A stretch of DNA of 63,519 nt, counting the filler, from Saprolegnia diclina VS20 (lineage: Eukaryota), in NCBI RefSeq assembly GCF_000281045.1. It is 9 parts of 5 records of this genome, joined end to end, with 100 filler letters (N's around TTAATTAATTAA, not from the genome) between each part and the next. Parts side by side here need not be neighbours in the genome. Positions count along the whole stretch, not along the records: positions 1 to 18,244 come from NW_008246182.1; 8 more parts are not named here. The stretch is one strand, 5' to 3'. The notes beneath the pieces were generated by a model. That model saw only the letters and a list, made by a program, of their open reading frames with translations. It ran no database searches and had not been told where the DNA came from. Both the position numbers and the translations under genes were made by a program. Shown one piece after another: positions 1 to 12,068 of this stretch (position 1 is the stretch's first letter; every line of letters starts with the position of its first letter).

Positions 1-1574
1 GCAGCCTTGGCTGCAGCCATCGCGGTCTTCTGCTGCTCGATCTCCGACGCGAGGCAGCTTGACTCGCAAAGAAGAGACTCGATCTGGTGCGAGCTGGCGT
101 TCATGCACACCACGGCTTTCTCAAGCTGCAACGTCATTGCAGCGAGTCCGGCTTTCTGCTCTTGGACCGTCGCGATAAGCTGGAGATTGTCCGCTGACAG
201 CGCCTCGATCGTCGCCTGGCTGAAGGCTGCAGCGGTCGCCGCTTCGGTGATCTCGGCCTTGAACACAGCGATCGCAGCGTCGCGCTGCTGAACAACCGAC
301 GTGAGGTGGCTCTTCTCACCGAGGAGCGACTCAATCTGCTGCGTACTGGCGTCCGTACGCGCCACGGCACTGCGTAGCTGCAACGACATTGCAGCGAGTC
401 CGGCTTTCTGCTCTTGGACCGTCGCGATAAGCCGGAGCTTGTCCGCTGACAGCGCCTCGATCGTCGCCTGGCTGGAGGCCGCAGCGGTCGCTGCCTCAGC
501 AAGCTCAGCCTTGGACGCTGCGAGGTCGTCTTCAAGTCGCTGCAAGTCTGCCGCAAAGTCGTCACCATCGACAAACAAGAGGTTGGGAAGGTTCGTACTG
601 GCGTCTGCGGCTGCAACGTCGTCGACAAGTTGCATGCGCGCCGCTTCCTGCTCCATTGACGCAGCATCGAGGGCGTCCTGGCGCGTGCGAACGGCTTCCG
701 CAATGGCCCGCTCAGCGTCCGTCTTGGCCGCCGCAAGCTCGTCCCGCAGGCGTGCGATCACAGCGTCCTTCTTGACGGCGAGCGCATGCAGCTCTTGGGC
801 ACTGGCTTGCACCGACGCAGTCGCGACCTTGAGACGGACTTGCAGCGCGACCAGGTCGCTCTTTTGCTGCGTGTCGGCGTTGACGAGACCCTGGTTCATG
901 CGCGCGAGCTCGTCATGGCGCTGCTTGCACTCGTAGGACTCGGTCACCGCGGTGCGGAGATTCGCCGCGAGCTTATCGATCTTGGACTGCAACACCGTGC
1001 TGACGTCGACTGCACTTGCCTCGCGCGAGGAGAGGTCGAGCACGTGCAGCTCGGATGCGTGCAATAGGTTCTCCAAGCAGCGGACTTCCACTTGGTGCTC
1101 GTCCGCGGTCGACTGCAACCCGACCAGCTGCGCTTCCAGAAGGCTGTTCGCGGCCGTGAGGCCGTCGCACTTGGTCGTGAGCTCGACGACGTGGGCCTCA
1201 GCGGCCGCGGATCTTGCTGTGACGGCCTCGATTACATTGCGCAGCCCAGTGTCGGTCGCAGTGTACGCGTCGACGAGCGCCGCCTTGTCGTCGTTGGCAG
1301 CGCGCCGGAGCTTGGCCATGTCGAGGATGTGACCGCGTCGAATCGTGGCAGTGCGCTTCGCCGTCTTCAGGCGCGTGGCCGCAACGTCTCGCTGGCACTG
1401 CAACTCGGGTTGGCCGGACGCACTATCGCTGTGGCGCGTCGAGCTGGCCGCGTCGTCGTCGGCCGTGTCGCCGTGCATGGCCTGCACCAACTCCGTTTTC
1501 CAAGCGCCAAGGACGACGTCCATATCATGGAAGGCGGCGACTCTCGGGTCAACGCGCTTGATGACGTCGGCCAT
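1..1574 (-). CDS. Long coiled-coil protein with an internal 84-aa repeat (3' part runs off the window)
   Basis: Open minus frame from about MADVIKRVDPRV (ATG 1574) to base 1, rich in Ala/Glu/Leu/Gln heptads. The block ATIEALSADxLxLIATVQEQKAGLAAM occurs twice, 252 bp apart (about 135-250 and 387-500). Start codon uncertain. Confidence 0.7.
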   Translation of the reverse strand, partial: MADVIKRVDPRVAAFHDMDVVLGAWKTELVQAMHGDTADDDAASSTRHSDSASGQPELQCQRDVAATRLKTAKRTATIRRGHILDMAKLRRAANDDKAALVDAYTATDTGLRNVIEAVTARSAAAEAHVVELTTKCDGLTAANSLLEAQLVGLQSTADEHQVEVRCLENLLHASELHVLDLSSREASAVDVSTVLQSKIDKLAANLRTAVTESYECKQRHDELARMNQGLVNADTQQKSDLVALQVRLKVATASVQASAQELHALAVKKDAVIARLRDELAAAKTDAERAIAEAVRTRQDALDAASMEQEAARMQLVDDVAAADASTNLPNLLFVDGDDFAADLQRLEDDLAASKAELAEAATAAASSQATIEALSADKLRLIATVQEQKAGLAAMSLQLRSAVARTDASTQQIESLLGEKSHLTSVVQQRDAAIAVFKAEITEAATAAAFSQATIEALSADNLQLIATVQEQKAGLAAMTLQLEKAVVCMNASSHQIESLLCESSCLASEIEQQKTAMAAAKA

Positions 1575-2018
1575 GTCGCCAGCCCAAGTCGAAATCTTGT
1601 CTCCCAAACGCACAACACTGCCACGTACGTTGCGCGATAAACCATTTCGCAATTTGCAGACTTCAAAAACGACCGATAAGTACCTTTTGGTTTGCCATGG
1701 CGCCGCCAACCGTCTAATCGCACCCAACTGCTCTTGCTCTCTTTCCGCTCTCGCTCGACTGTACTTGTGTGTCGAAGCTACAACGTACAGGGCAGCGACG
1801 TTGACGAACGTTTTCGCTGTTGGGACCAACGTACTGGGGTAGTACTAAATAGCTACTAAAATACGCTTGCATGTTCGGCAACTCTCGTCTAGTAGGTCGC
1901 CAACCCTGACCCTGGACCTTGGCTCGTTTGATGATGGAAGCAACCTCACGCTGATTGGCTAAAATGTCGGCCGGCATTTTGATTGGCGTAAACAGTGCAA
2001 TTTCGTCCCTGGAAGCCG

Positions 2019-3298
2019 ATGCTTGCGATTGCGAACGAGCTGCGTCAAGGTCCATGGATGGGCTTGCGCCAGCGCTGACGCGACTCTGTAGGCGGCGCGC
2101 CTGCTCTCAAGGCCGTCCAGCGGCTCGTGCAGTCCGAGTACATTGAGACGGCGCTGGCCCCGGCGCTGGTCGACCTCGTGCGCGATGCCAAGACGGAGCT
2201 GCCACTCCGTGTGCCCTCCTTCTTGGCGCTCGCCAAGCTCTGCAGCAACAGCGACCTCGACCTGCACCCAGCAGAGACACTCGACCCGGCGCAGTTGGCG
2301 CTAACGGTTGCGGAGCAGCTCGACCACAGTGACATTCGCATGCAGGCGGCGGCCACACTCGCACTCTCCAACCTCACGACGCACCAGCTCGCTCTCGACG
2401 AGCCCGTGTTGCAGCAAGTCATCAAGTCCCTCGAGACGATCGAGCACGAAGGCATCCAGCGAGCCGTACTGGGGTACATTGGTCTGTGCCGCCTATATTT
2501 TGAGCTCGAAATCTCACGTCCGATGTAGGCAACGCCGCCGCATCCGCCAACGCCCGCCACGTGCTCATCAACGAGACCAACTGCATCGAACAGCTCTCGG
2601 AGTTCACGCAAGCTGGCCGAGGTACGCGGTTTATATTCATCGATTCGATGGTCGACATAAATATATAACAGGCGAACCGGTGCGGGGCGCGGCCGCCTTT
2701 ACCATGGGCAACCTGCTCTCGGGCCGCGACGTGCACGCGCAAAATATGCTGCGCGAGGTGTGTGCTTTTACTCATGACGTCCTGAACGTTCCATGGGATG
2801 CTAGGTCGATGGTCTCCCGAGCTTGATTTTGCTCTTGTCGCCAGCGTACTCGGAAGACGTACGCTGCAACTCGCAAGCCTCTTCATATAGAATTACTCGT
2901 AGACGAACGAGTGCTCAGCTTGGGCCATCAGCCACGGCGTGCACCGCAACACGCTCAACCAGGTAGACGCATTACTTGTGCGAATATCGAGCTCAGGGTG
3001 CGCTGTGTTCTAGGATCTGGTCGGTGACGCGGGCGGCATTGGCATGCTCCTCCATCACTTGGTGTCCCCAAACGACGTACTACTTGAGACAGAATGAGCG
3101 GCTAGCGGTGGTGACTGAGGCGAACTCTAGGATCTGCGCCGGAACGCCATTTTGGCCTTGTACAGCAGTGCTGTCGCGCATGCCGACAACATTGACCGCG
3201 TCAAGCGTGGGGAAGGCGACGTGATCGTGGAACAGCTCCTCACGGACGAGAGCCCCGAGTGCCGGGAGTACGCGACTTTGCTGTTGCAGGAATTTTAG
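2019..3298 (+). CDS. Multi-exon HEAT/armadillo-like helical repeat protein
   Basis: MLAIANELRQG spliced to the 2127..2528 ORF (EQLDHSDIRMQAAATLALSNL). Further GT-AG exons end in EQLLTDESPECREYATLLLQEF*, a HEAT-like pattern. Confidence 0.6.
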
Positions 3299-4088
3299 AG
3301 AAGCTGCAAACGAGACACCTTGTCTTCGATCCATTGTGTTTTCTCTGCGTCTTTAGTACAGAGTGTTTGCATACTTCCTAATGCTGTCTACATACTTCAC
3401 TGGCAACACTCAACCTCTATGACACTTCTGCACTATCGCCCAAGACTCCCCACCGCGCCATGCTTTGGTCGGCAGACCATCGCTTCGAGCCCGAGGTGGT
3501 TCGTCAACCCTACCCCCAATAGACCAATACAGGCACTAGAGTGAGCACTAGTAGTAGGAATCGTGGCTACTTCGAATGTCATACTCAATTGCAAGCTCAT
3601 ACCCGCGCCAGTAGCAAAGCAGGAGGCAATTTTTCATTCAACTTGACATTTTTCGAGAAAATACGCAGTTTGAGCAGCGCAGCCAGTGCCACATTGGTGG
3701 GTGAAGTCTGGTGTGTCCAGAATGTCATACGTGGACGCACTGCGGCTCAGCCTCTACGAGATGCACAATAAGATCCCAACTGTCGTCCAGAGGTATGTCG
3801 AGTCACTTGCCGACGGGCCCGATCAACGCCGGCTCCTACGACAGGTGAATGCATAACTTGATGTTGTATACTAGTATATGCATTCGTACCCAGCTGGCCC
3901 GGTGGCCATGGCTTGGGGGGGTTGCGACCTGTAGCAAGGCAGTGGCTCAACTTCCGAGAATACCCGGCCAAAACGTCGTCGAGCCAGCACGCGTGACCGA
4001 GGATGCTTTTGCTGTGTACTGTAAAAGCTCAAATTCGATTTTACTCGGACAGTGACGACCAGTTCTACATTCGGACATTCGACTCGGC

Positions 4089-4799
4089 ATGCGCACTTCG
4101 ATCCTCCTCCTCGTCTCGTCGTTTTGGCTGCACGTCGGCGCCCATTCCTGGCTCGACGCGATCACGTGCGGCGACAAGGTCGGGTACGCGCGCAATTTCT
4201 CTTCACGGGACGCCTTGCTGCGTGACGGCCTTATCTTTGACCGCTTCATGACGTACCGCCTTGAGAACCGGAATGCCTCGCAGCCGCTCTGCGCGCCGAC
4301 ACAGCGAGCGCCGCTGCAGCGAGCGTCGCACCCGCGCCTCGTGTGTGCGCCCGGCGACACCGTCACGTTCTACTACAACGAGAACGGGCACGTGACCAAG
4401 GACAAGTGCCAGCCCAACGATCCGCGCGGCTGCGACGGCATCTACGCAAAGAACACCCCGTGGTACATCTACTGGGACGTCTCAAGCGACACGAGCATCA
4501 CGACCCGAAACGATACGACGCGTGCGCTGCCTCTCGGTCGCAAGACCAACACTACGCGCTTGGTGGAGCTTGGGCGAGGCCTCTTTGACGATGGGCTCTG
4601 TGGCGAGACGTCCAAGTACGGCCGCCCGCGCGCCCGTCAAGGGCGGCCGTGCATCGGGTCGTTCCAGCTGCCACCGATGAACGCCAGCAACAACAGTAAC
4701 AGCACGCACGTGCTCTCGTTGGTGTGGCACTGGGTCTTCGACAAGGTCTACGGGGTTGGCGAAGAGTACACAACCTGCTTTGACATTGCCCTTGCTTGA
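4089..4799 (+). CDS. Secreted N-terminal-His (LPMO-like) protein resembling fungal DUF7492-type proteins
   Basis: Signal peptide MRTSILLLVSSFWLHVGA followed by H-S-W. Motifs GYARN, PRLxxxPGD, YNENGHVT, FDDGxC, LVWHWVF and EEYTTCFDI. Intronless. Confidence 0.75.
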   Translation: MRTSILLLVSSFWLHVGAHSWLDAITCGDKVGYARNFSSRDALLRDGLIFDRFMTYRLENRNASQPLCAPTQRAPLQRASHPRLVCAPGDTVTFYYNENGHVTKDKCQPNDPRGCDGIYAKNTPWYIYWDVSSDTSITTRNDTTRALPLGRKTNTTRLVELGRGLFDDGLCGETSKYGRPRARQGRPCIGSFQLPPMNASNNSNSTHVLSLVWHWVFDKVYGVGEEYTTCFDIALA

Positions 4800-4903
4800 A
4801 ATGTATCAATGTTTCAAGTATACAAAACGGACCGTGTTAGTTCTTTCGCAGTTTAGGGATTGGTGGCGAGAACGTTCGTGTCTACTCCTACGGTACTGTA
4901 CTC

Positions 4904-5933
4904 CTACACGACGAGACCCGGGTCGCGGCCCGACGACGCTGCGGGCTCGACGTGGTTGGGGTCGATCGACGTCCGACAGGTCGGGCACGTCGCATTGACG
5001 AGCAGCCATTCATCGACGCACTCTTTGTGAAAATGGTGGTTGCAGTGCAGAATACGCACGTGTTGCGACTCGTCGTACTCGTTGAGACAAATGCAGCAGC
5101 TCGCATCCTACCCGATCCATCTAAATATCAACTTGATACACTCGTAGTGTACCTCGTCCGGAAAGAGGTGTGGGGTGTACGGCACGCTCGAGAGAGCGGC
5201 AATCATCTAGCACACAGCATTGAATAGACGTGCAAGAGGAGCAGTCATGGACCTCCTTGGACGCGCCCTTGCCACGCATTGGATCTTGCATGCGGTTGAG
5301 GATGCGGATCAAGCATGGAAGGCAAAAGCACACGACCGGCAAGAGTGCCATGAGGATGAGACACGGCAAGAAGATCTTGACGTAGCAAATGATGATCATG
5401 GCCAGCGCCATGTTGTACATGTGCCCGTCGCCTTGCGTGCTGCAGTGGTCTTCGTCCGAGATGACCCACATGTTGCCGACGAGGAACCAGAAGAGTCCCA
5501 TGAGCTCCATGCCGTACTTGGCCGACTGCAACGCCGACTTGATGCCGGGCGTCGACAGCCGGCTGTGAATCGTCGGCTGATGCGTGTAGTAGACGGCCCA
5601 CTCGACGAGGACCGTGAAGAAGAGGTGCATCGCGTGCAAGAGCGTCCAGTACTTGACGCGGTCGCAGCGCGTGTTGCCCGCATCGTCCCAGTAGAGGCCC
5701 ATGACAATGCACGCTGCGATTACCTGCGGCAAGTTGAAGACCGCGAGCGCGATGACCATGAGCCGCGTGCTCGTCGCCTCGCGCGCCTCTTGCACACTGC
5801 TGTTGAGCACATTCATGCGCACGGCCTGCGCCTCTTCATGTGGCGGAAGCGGCGCGGCGAGAAGCCGCGAGCGGTCCTCCGGCATGCTGCTGCTGCGGGC
5901 GAGCGTTGTCGTCTCGTGGGACCGGCCGCTCAT
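4904..5933 (-). CDS. Transmembrane RING-H2 E3 ubiquitin ligase
   Basis: 4-5 TM helices (FWFLVGNMWV, LLPVVCFCLPCLI). The spliced last exon reads CCICLNEYDESQHVRILHCNHHFHKECVDEWLLVNATCPTCR, a C3H2C3 RING-H2. Confidence 0.9.
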
Positions 5934-6541
5934 CGTGTCGTCAGCTTCGAACAAGCCGACCTGGTTATCCGGATAACGGCAGAGCGACCATACTAACAAT
6001 CAGAAACACCAAACACGGGGTCTGGGTCATCCGGATAATCTCGCAAGGCCATTGGCCAGACCGCAAGATGCGCAGATCTTGACGCGGCTTGCCTGACCAC
6101 GATCCAAAGCAGGATGGTACCGGTAGGGTTGAGAGCTATCGTCAAGTCGAACTCCTACCGAAGTAGAGTTCTGGCTGTGGGTCGCTATGCGTACTAGCGA
6201 GAAGCTGTGGCATGGCGACAGTGGGCTATGATGCAAAAGTGCGCTGGATGAAGGGTCGTTTCTACCTAGGTGCTGGCGCATGGTCCCGTCTGTGCCTGTA
6301 CATATGTACATTACGTAGCCCGTCGCCCACACCGATGTAAGAGCTTTAGCGCCTCGCGATGAAGCCTATGTCTTGATGAGGCCATCAAGTTATGCCGAGT
6401 GCAAGGTGGTCGCGGTTGAGGTAGTCGCATGGACGCTAGCACCTGACCTGTAGCTGGCATCGATCGAATGGCAAGCACCTCATGGATTGTATGTAGGTCG
6501 AGGCCAATCATTTGTCGTATCGCGTGCAAGGCGCAAGTGGA

Positions 6542-7504
6542 TTAGTTAGTAGGTGGGTCCTCGTTTAGTTTGCTCACGTCGACGCCAAGGAGCTTGGAGA
6601 AGAGCAGCATCTGGAGACGCTCGGTCCGTTCATGGCGCATTTCATCTTTTCGGCGCTGCTCGTCGCGGATCCGCTGCTCCATCAAGTACCGTTCTTCCAG
6701 AGCGAGCCGACGGGCTTCGTCTCGCTCTTCGCGCTCGCGCCGCCGGGCGTCTTCGCGTTCTTCGCGTTGCTCCATGCGCAGCTGCGACCGCTCGTCCATG
6801 AGCATGAGCAGCGTCACAAGCTCGGTCGAGAGGCCGCCTCGTTGCAGCGTCTCGGTGTCCATCGCCGGTGATGGGCGCTTGAAGGGGTTACCGCCGTCAA
6901 CGTCCGAGGTGGCGGCGGCGACCGACTCGTCGTAGGCGCGCTTGCGCACGCGGCGCACAGGCTCGACGAAAGACCGCTCGGACGGCTCGAGGACAGCGAC
7001 ACGCGACGTGCGTGGCAGCTCGGGCGCGTCGGGCTCGGTGGCCGGATGCACGACGCGCGCAATGCTCTGTGCGTCGCCGTCATTGTGCAACTCACGTCGC
7101 TCGTGCGCATGGTCGACCGCCGCCGCCTCGTCGTCGTCGCGCATGGAGCTATCGCCGCGGGACGAGCCTGCGTCGTCGTCTTCGTGGTAGTTTTTGTCGC
7201 CCTTGAGCTCGATCTCGTGCTGGAGGTCACGCGCCCAGCGGGCATCTTCGGGGCAGTCGGGGTCGCCGGTGCGTCCCGTGCTGCGGAGCTTGTTGAACTT
7301 GCGCTTCACCGCTTCCCAGTCGCGTTCGTGGAGGCGGTCGGGGTGTTTGTTGTAGATCTGGGATAGGCGCTGCCATTGCTGCTGCGTCAGCGGCAGCATT
7401 TCGCTGACGAGCGAGAGGAGAATGTCAACGTCAGATTTCGCCCAGTTGGGCACGCCCACCGAGACGCGTGGCGGCTTGGCAGACGCTGGCGCGCGTTGGT
7501 TCAT
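6542..7504 (-). CDS. Myb/SANT-like (DUF6818-type) domain protein with charged coiled-coil C-terminus
   Basis: NWAKSDVDILLSLVSEMLP..WQRL..YN..RDWEAVKRKFNKL..TGDPDCP..AR matches the oomycete/fungal DUF6818 pattern. E/R-rich tail. Confidence 0.75.
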   Translation of the reverse strand: MNQRAPASAKPPRVSVGVPNWAKSDVDILLSLVSEMLPLTQQQWQRLSQIYNKHPDRLHERDWEAVKRKFNKLRSTGRTGDPDCPEDARWARDLQHEIELKGDKNYHEDDDAGSSRGDSSMRDDDEAAAVDHAHERRELHNDGDAQSIARVVHPATEPDAPELPRTSRVAVLEPSERSFVEPVRRVRKRAYDESVAAATSDVDGGNPFKRPSPAMDTETLQRGGLSTELVTLLMLMDERSQLRMEQREEREDARRREREERDEARRLALEERYLMEQRIRDEQRRKDEMRHERTERLQMLLFSKLLGVDVSKLNEDPPTN

Positions 7505-8151
7505 CGTCTCGGCGGCTCCGGGACGGTCGAGGAAAGAATGGCAACTGGGTGCAGACCACATTTTAATTTGCCTTGTGGCCTTTCTGGATCTGGTTCGCTG
7601 TCGCCGTCAGTTGAACTTCGATTCTGCCTTCGACCTCGATACAAATACGGAGCTTGGTATTCGAAGAGGATGCGCAAACTTCGAAATGTAGCACCCGGTC
7701 CGATCCTCGTTGGCGCTGAATTCGGATCCCGCACCCACCGGATTGGCTCGTTCCGGCTCAAGTAGGATGTGGAATCGGGCACATGCCCAAGTAAGCGCGT
7801 CTGGTCGGCGCCCTTTCCACCGTCAAGAAAATACCACCAGTGCGGAGCCTCGAATCGGGCAACGCACCCTTGCCTCGACCAGCGTGGCACTGGACAACCA
7901 GACGCTCTATTACTAGTTACTACTAGCAACTAGAATACTTGGTAGTCTACATCCCTCGTCCACCAAACATGTGCATGTAGCTCTCCTCGGAAGATTCACA
8001 AGTTCAGATTGGTGGCGTCTTCACTGCTATGCAACAGAGTAGCAATGGTTGTCGAGACTTGCATCTTTTGCTCGTTCTATTTCGTGCTCAAAACAGGACA
8101 TCACAGACCACCGTAAGGCGCCAGCTCGGGTTCTTCGCTGACACTTGTGGT

Positions 8152-8757
8152 CTAGACGAGCTTGGCGAGCACGCGGCGGACCGTGTTCATGTTGCGCAGC
8201 GTCAGCGCCGTCCCCACGAGCTTCTCAAACGGCTTGTTGAAGCACGGCGACTTGCTCATCGTCGTCTCTGCAAACCACACGAGCGTGTCGGCGGTTCCTA
8301 GCGCAAAGCTGTCGGTGGCGGTCGCCCACGTCGTCGCCAGCGCCACATGGTCGTCCGAGAAGGTCGCTTTTCCAAACATGGCATGGATCGTCGAGGCGGC
8401 GGGCGGCGCGTGCGCATCGACGTATGCCACAAGCTCGTCGAGCTGGGCCTTGGACCGCACCATGACGGGAATCTCAAACCCAACGTGGTCGCTCAAGTAG
8501 CTCTCAATACGGCCTTCGAGGTCCTCGGAGGGCGCACCATTCGCATCGAAGAGCACGTTTCCGGACGCGAGGAACGTCGAGACATCGTGAAAGCCCATGG
8601 CCCGAAAGTGCGCCGCGATCGCTGCCATCTTGACGACGCGCCCACCAACGTTGACTGCGCGCAGAAAGGCGACCTGCCAGTCGGGCGACGCTCCCTTGGC
8701 CTTCTTGGTCGTCGTCATTGCCGGTACGTCGTCCGTCGTTGCCTTGCGCTTGCCCAT
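8152..8757 (-). CDS. DUF1697 family protein (bacterial-type)
   Basis: VAFLRAVNVGG..VKMA, GFHDVSTFLASGNVLF, C-terminal TLRNMNTVRRV. Intronless, with an N-terminal GKRK..KKAK extension. Confidence 0.85.
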   Translation of the reverse strand: MGKRKATTDDVPAMTTTKKAKGASPDWQVAFLRAVNVGGRVVKMAAIAAHFRAMGFHDVSTFLASGNVLFDANGAPSEDLEGRIESYLSDHVGFEIPVMVRSKAQLDELVAYVDAHAPPAASTIHAMFGKATFSDDHVALATTWATATDSFALGTADTLVWFAETTMSKSPCFNKPFEKLVGTALTLRNMNTVRRVLAKLV

Positions 8758-9135
8758 GCTGGTGATCACAAAACGAAATGACGCAAGCTACAACGTCGTA
8801 ATTTGTCTTCTGAACTTCTTCCATCAGCAAACATGGTTCCCTCGTGACGCGCCAAGTGCAACTTGGCGGGAACTCATCCGGATAATAATGTCCAAGCGCA
8901 GACCTTGCACACATCTTGTGATGGACAAGTTGACAAGTTGACCTGCGCAGTGACGACGATGACGCCCAATCGGACCATCGGCGTAATCAATTGTGCCTCG
9001 TGTCGCCGAAGGCTTTCTCGTTGGCCGTAGCAGCGTCGACCACCCACGTTTGCCGGATACCAATCGACCTATCCGGATACACCACAAAAATTGTGCCATA
9101 AACCCCGACTTCAACCACGCACCCTGCCACGCACC

Positions 9136-10446
9136 ATGTTCCGGTCGCTCTTGACGTCGTCCCGCGCTGCCTCGGTGGGCGTGGCCTCTGCGCTGGGCCT
9201 CGCCACGGCTGCCTCGAGCCAAACGCGAGCCAACGGCCTCAACAACGAGGCCCGTCACCCGCGCGCGATCATTGCCAACCCTGGTACACACCACAACGCC
9301 TGTGATTTTCATAACAAAATCTGTAGATGTGTTTGCGACCAAGCTGCACAAGATGGTGCAGGACGGCCCCGAGAAGCTGCTCTTGATTGCCGACTTTGAC
9401 TTTACGCTGACGCCGTACTTCAACAAGGACGGCAGCCGCGGCCATTCGTGCCACGGCATGCTGGTACATGGATATCGCAAATCGCGACGGTTGTCGACCA
9501 ACTCTGTAGGCCTCGAGTCACGTGCTCGATCCAGAATTTTTCGCCAAGTCGAATGCTCTGTTTCAAAAGTTTTATCCGATTGAGATTTCACCGATCCTTG
9601 CCCACGACGAGAAGGAGCCGCACATGATTGAATGGTAGGTATTGCTATGGGCGTCACAGACAATATTTTTGTCTAAAACCGTGAAACATGACGCGTACAA
9701 CTAGGTGGACGACGGAGCACCAACTTTTTGTGGACCACAAGATGCACCGCCACCACGTGCAGGCCGCGGTCGCCAAATCCGACATTGCGTTTCGCGATGG
9801 CTTTACTGCGCTCTTCCGTGACCTCGCTGCTCATAACGTGCCCACGCTCATCTTCTCGGCGGGTCTCGCCGGTACGTCCAAAAGTCCAAAACGCAAAATT
9901 TGTGAAAAATGCTGTGAATTTGTTTCGAATCGTAGATGTGATTCACAATGTGCTGCAAAAAATCTACAAGGACGCCATCTTTACGCCCAACCTCCACATT
10001 GTCTCAAACGTGATGCAGTTTGAAGCGTCCAGTGGGAAGCTCCTCGGGTTCCACGACCCGGTACTTTTGCCATTTCCCACGACTATGTATTATAATGGAC
10101 GCCATTGGATAGCTGATCCACTGCCACAACAAGAATGCGACTGTGCTGCGTGACAGCCCGTTCTGGAAGGAATGCGAAGCACGCCACAATGTCATTTTGC
10201 TCGGCGACTCGGTACACGTACCATACATAGTGCCTCTGTTTCGAATGACAATATTTCATGGGCTAGGTCGGCGATGCCCAAATGGCGACGGGGCTGCCCG
10301 TGCACAACATCATCAAAATCGGATTCCTCAACCACAGCCAAGAAGAACGCCTCGCCGAGTACCTCGGTATCTTTGACGTCGTCATCATCAACGACGGCAC
10401 GCTCAGCTTGCCCCACACGCTCGTGCGCGCGATTGCGGGCAAGTAA
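9136..10446 (+). CDS. NT5C3: Pyrimidine 5'-nucleotidase / cytosolic 5'-nucleotidase III (HAD family), multi-exon
   Basis: IADFDFTLT (DxDxT), LIFSAG, IVSN, RHNVILLGDS-VGD and KIGFLN..YLGIFDVVIIND, spread across GT-AG exons. Confidence 0.9.
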
Positions 10447-10527
10447 GCGAGGACGCTGAGAAGCAGGCATAGATACCACAGTTTCGTATATTTCGAAAGA
10501 CCAAATATGGTCTTTCACATGGGCACT

Positions 10528-12068
10528 CTACACGTTCTCCGAGGCGGATCGCACCACGTCTGCGAGCCGGGCGTAGTCGCTCGGGGTGTTGTATACGTGG
10601 CCCGACAGCCGAACGTACAGCTGTCCTTCGATGCACTTGACGGGCACTTCGATTGCATGTAGAAAGTGCAGCGAGTCTTGCACGAGCTTGGCGTCGACCG
10701 ACGTCGGCGTCGACGACGTGCCAAAGACGCGCGGCGGCAGCGCCACGAGGCGCATACTGCACTGCTTGTGGGACGGGACATTGGTCGCCTACAGAGACGC
10801 GTTTCTGAGACGAGTCGGCTACGGTGGGCTACCGGTGGGAGCTGCCAGTGCCGCGTGAGCTCCGATGCCGCGTCAGCGACTGTCGCATGCATGTAGGCGC
10901 GGACAGCGTCGAGGTTGTGCGCCTCCCAGAACGAGAGACAGGCGGGAAGAGCGAGGAGCGACGCGTAGTCCTGGAGGCCCGTCCATAGAAACGTGCTTTG
11001 GAAGCCGTCGTCCATGCCATGCGACTGCACTTGGGGCCGCACGATGGACTGGTAGTGCGGCGCGACGTGCAGAAAGGCAGCGCCTTTGGGCGCGCTGAGC
11101 CATTTGTGGCAGTTGCCGACCTAGAATAGACCACATGTGATCACATGACGTGGCCGAGATGGCCAAGTACATAGAAGTCGGCGCCAATGGCACTCAAGTC
11201 GAGCGGGAGGTTCAAGAGGCCGTGGGCACCGTCAATGAGCACGGGGATGCCACGCGCGTGACAGAGCTCCGTGATGCGCTGAACCGGCAGTACGGTCGCC
11301 GTGTTGGACGTTATGTGGTCCATAACGACGAGCCTACAACAGGCGCCTTGTATTCATGCTGAGGAGCGTCATCGAATCGTACCGGCAGCCGGACGTCGGC
11401 AGCGTCTCGGCGATACGTGCGACGATCGCGTCGTCGTCGTGGGCGTCGCCAAAGCTCAAGGCGTGGGATGACTGGACGAGCTTTCGCTCGGCGCACACTT
11501 GATGCAGAAGCTTCTTGACAGCACCGTACGCCACGTCCAAGCTGTAGATCGAGTCGCCTGGCTGCATGGTCGCTGCCATCGACTGAATTACCTATTCGTG
11601 GCCGTTGAAGTCGAGAGAAAGCGTGTCTGATACGTATACCGCATTGAGACCCGAAGTAGCGTTGGGCAGCAAAACGACGTCTTTGGGGGACGCGTGCAAC
11701 GTGGCGGCGAGGGCTTGGATCGCGTGGACGAGGTAGAAGAAGAGCTCCCGATCATAAAACTTGAGCGGCTGGCGCTCCGCGAGCTCCCGCCACTGCTGCG
11801 CGGCCGCCATACCTGTCCGTAGCGACGCACCAAAGGCGCCGTGGTTGATAAACGTCCACGTTGGGTCGAGAAAGAAGTGCTGGCGCATCGGCGTACCAAA
11901 CGCAGTCGGGGCGCCAGTGTGGTCCATGGCCACGGGCAGCTCGATGGCGCCTTGCTCAAAGATGTCGTCGATGCTTGGCGTATGGAACGAGCCCATCGCT
12001 GTGTAGCCCGTCGCCTTGACGCTGTACGCGCGGCGCGCCGCACGCATCCACGGCCGCAGGTGAAGCAT
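10528..12068 (-). CDS. Class V PLP enzyme (isopenicillin N epimerase-like / L-cysteine desulfhydrase / Egt2-like), multi-exon
   Basis: FINHGAFG, PNATSGLN, AYGAVK, DHITSNTA, LIDGAHG, GNCHKWLSAPKG (PLP Lys), WTGLQDY and VRLSGHVYN. Arg-rich N-terminus resembles a mitochondrial presequence. Confidence 0.88.
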
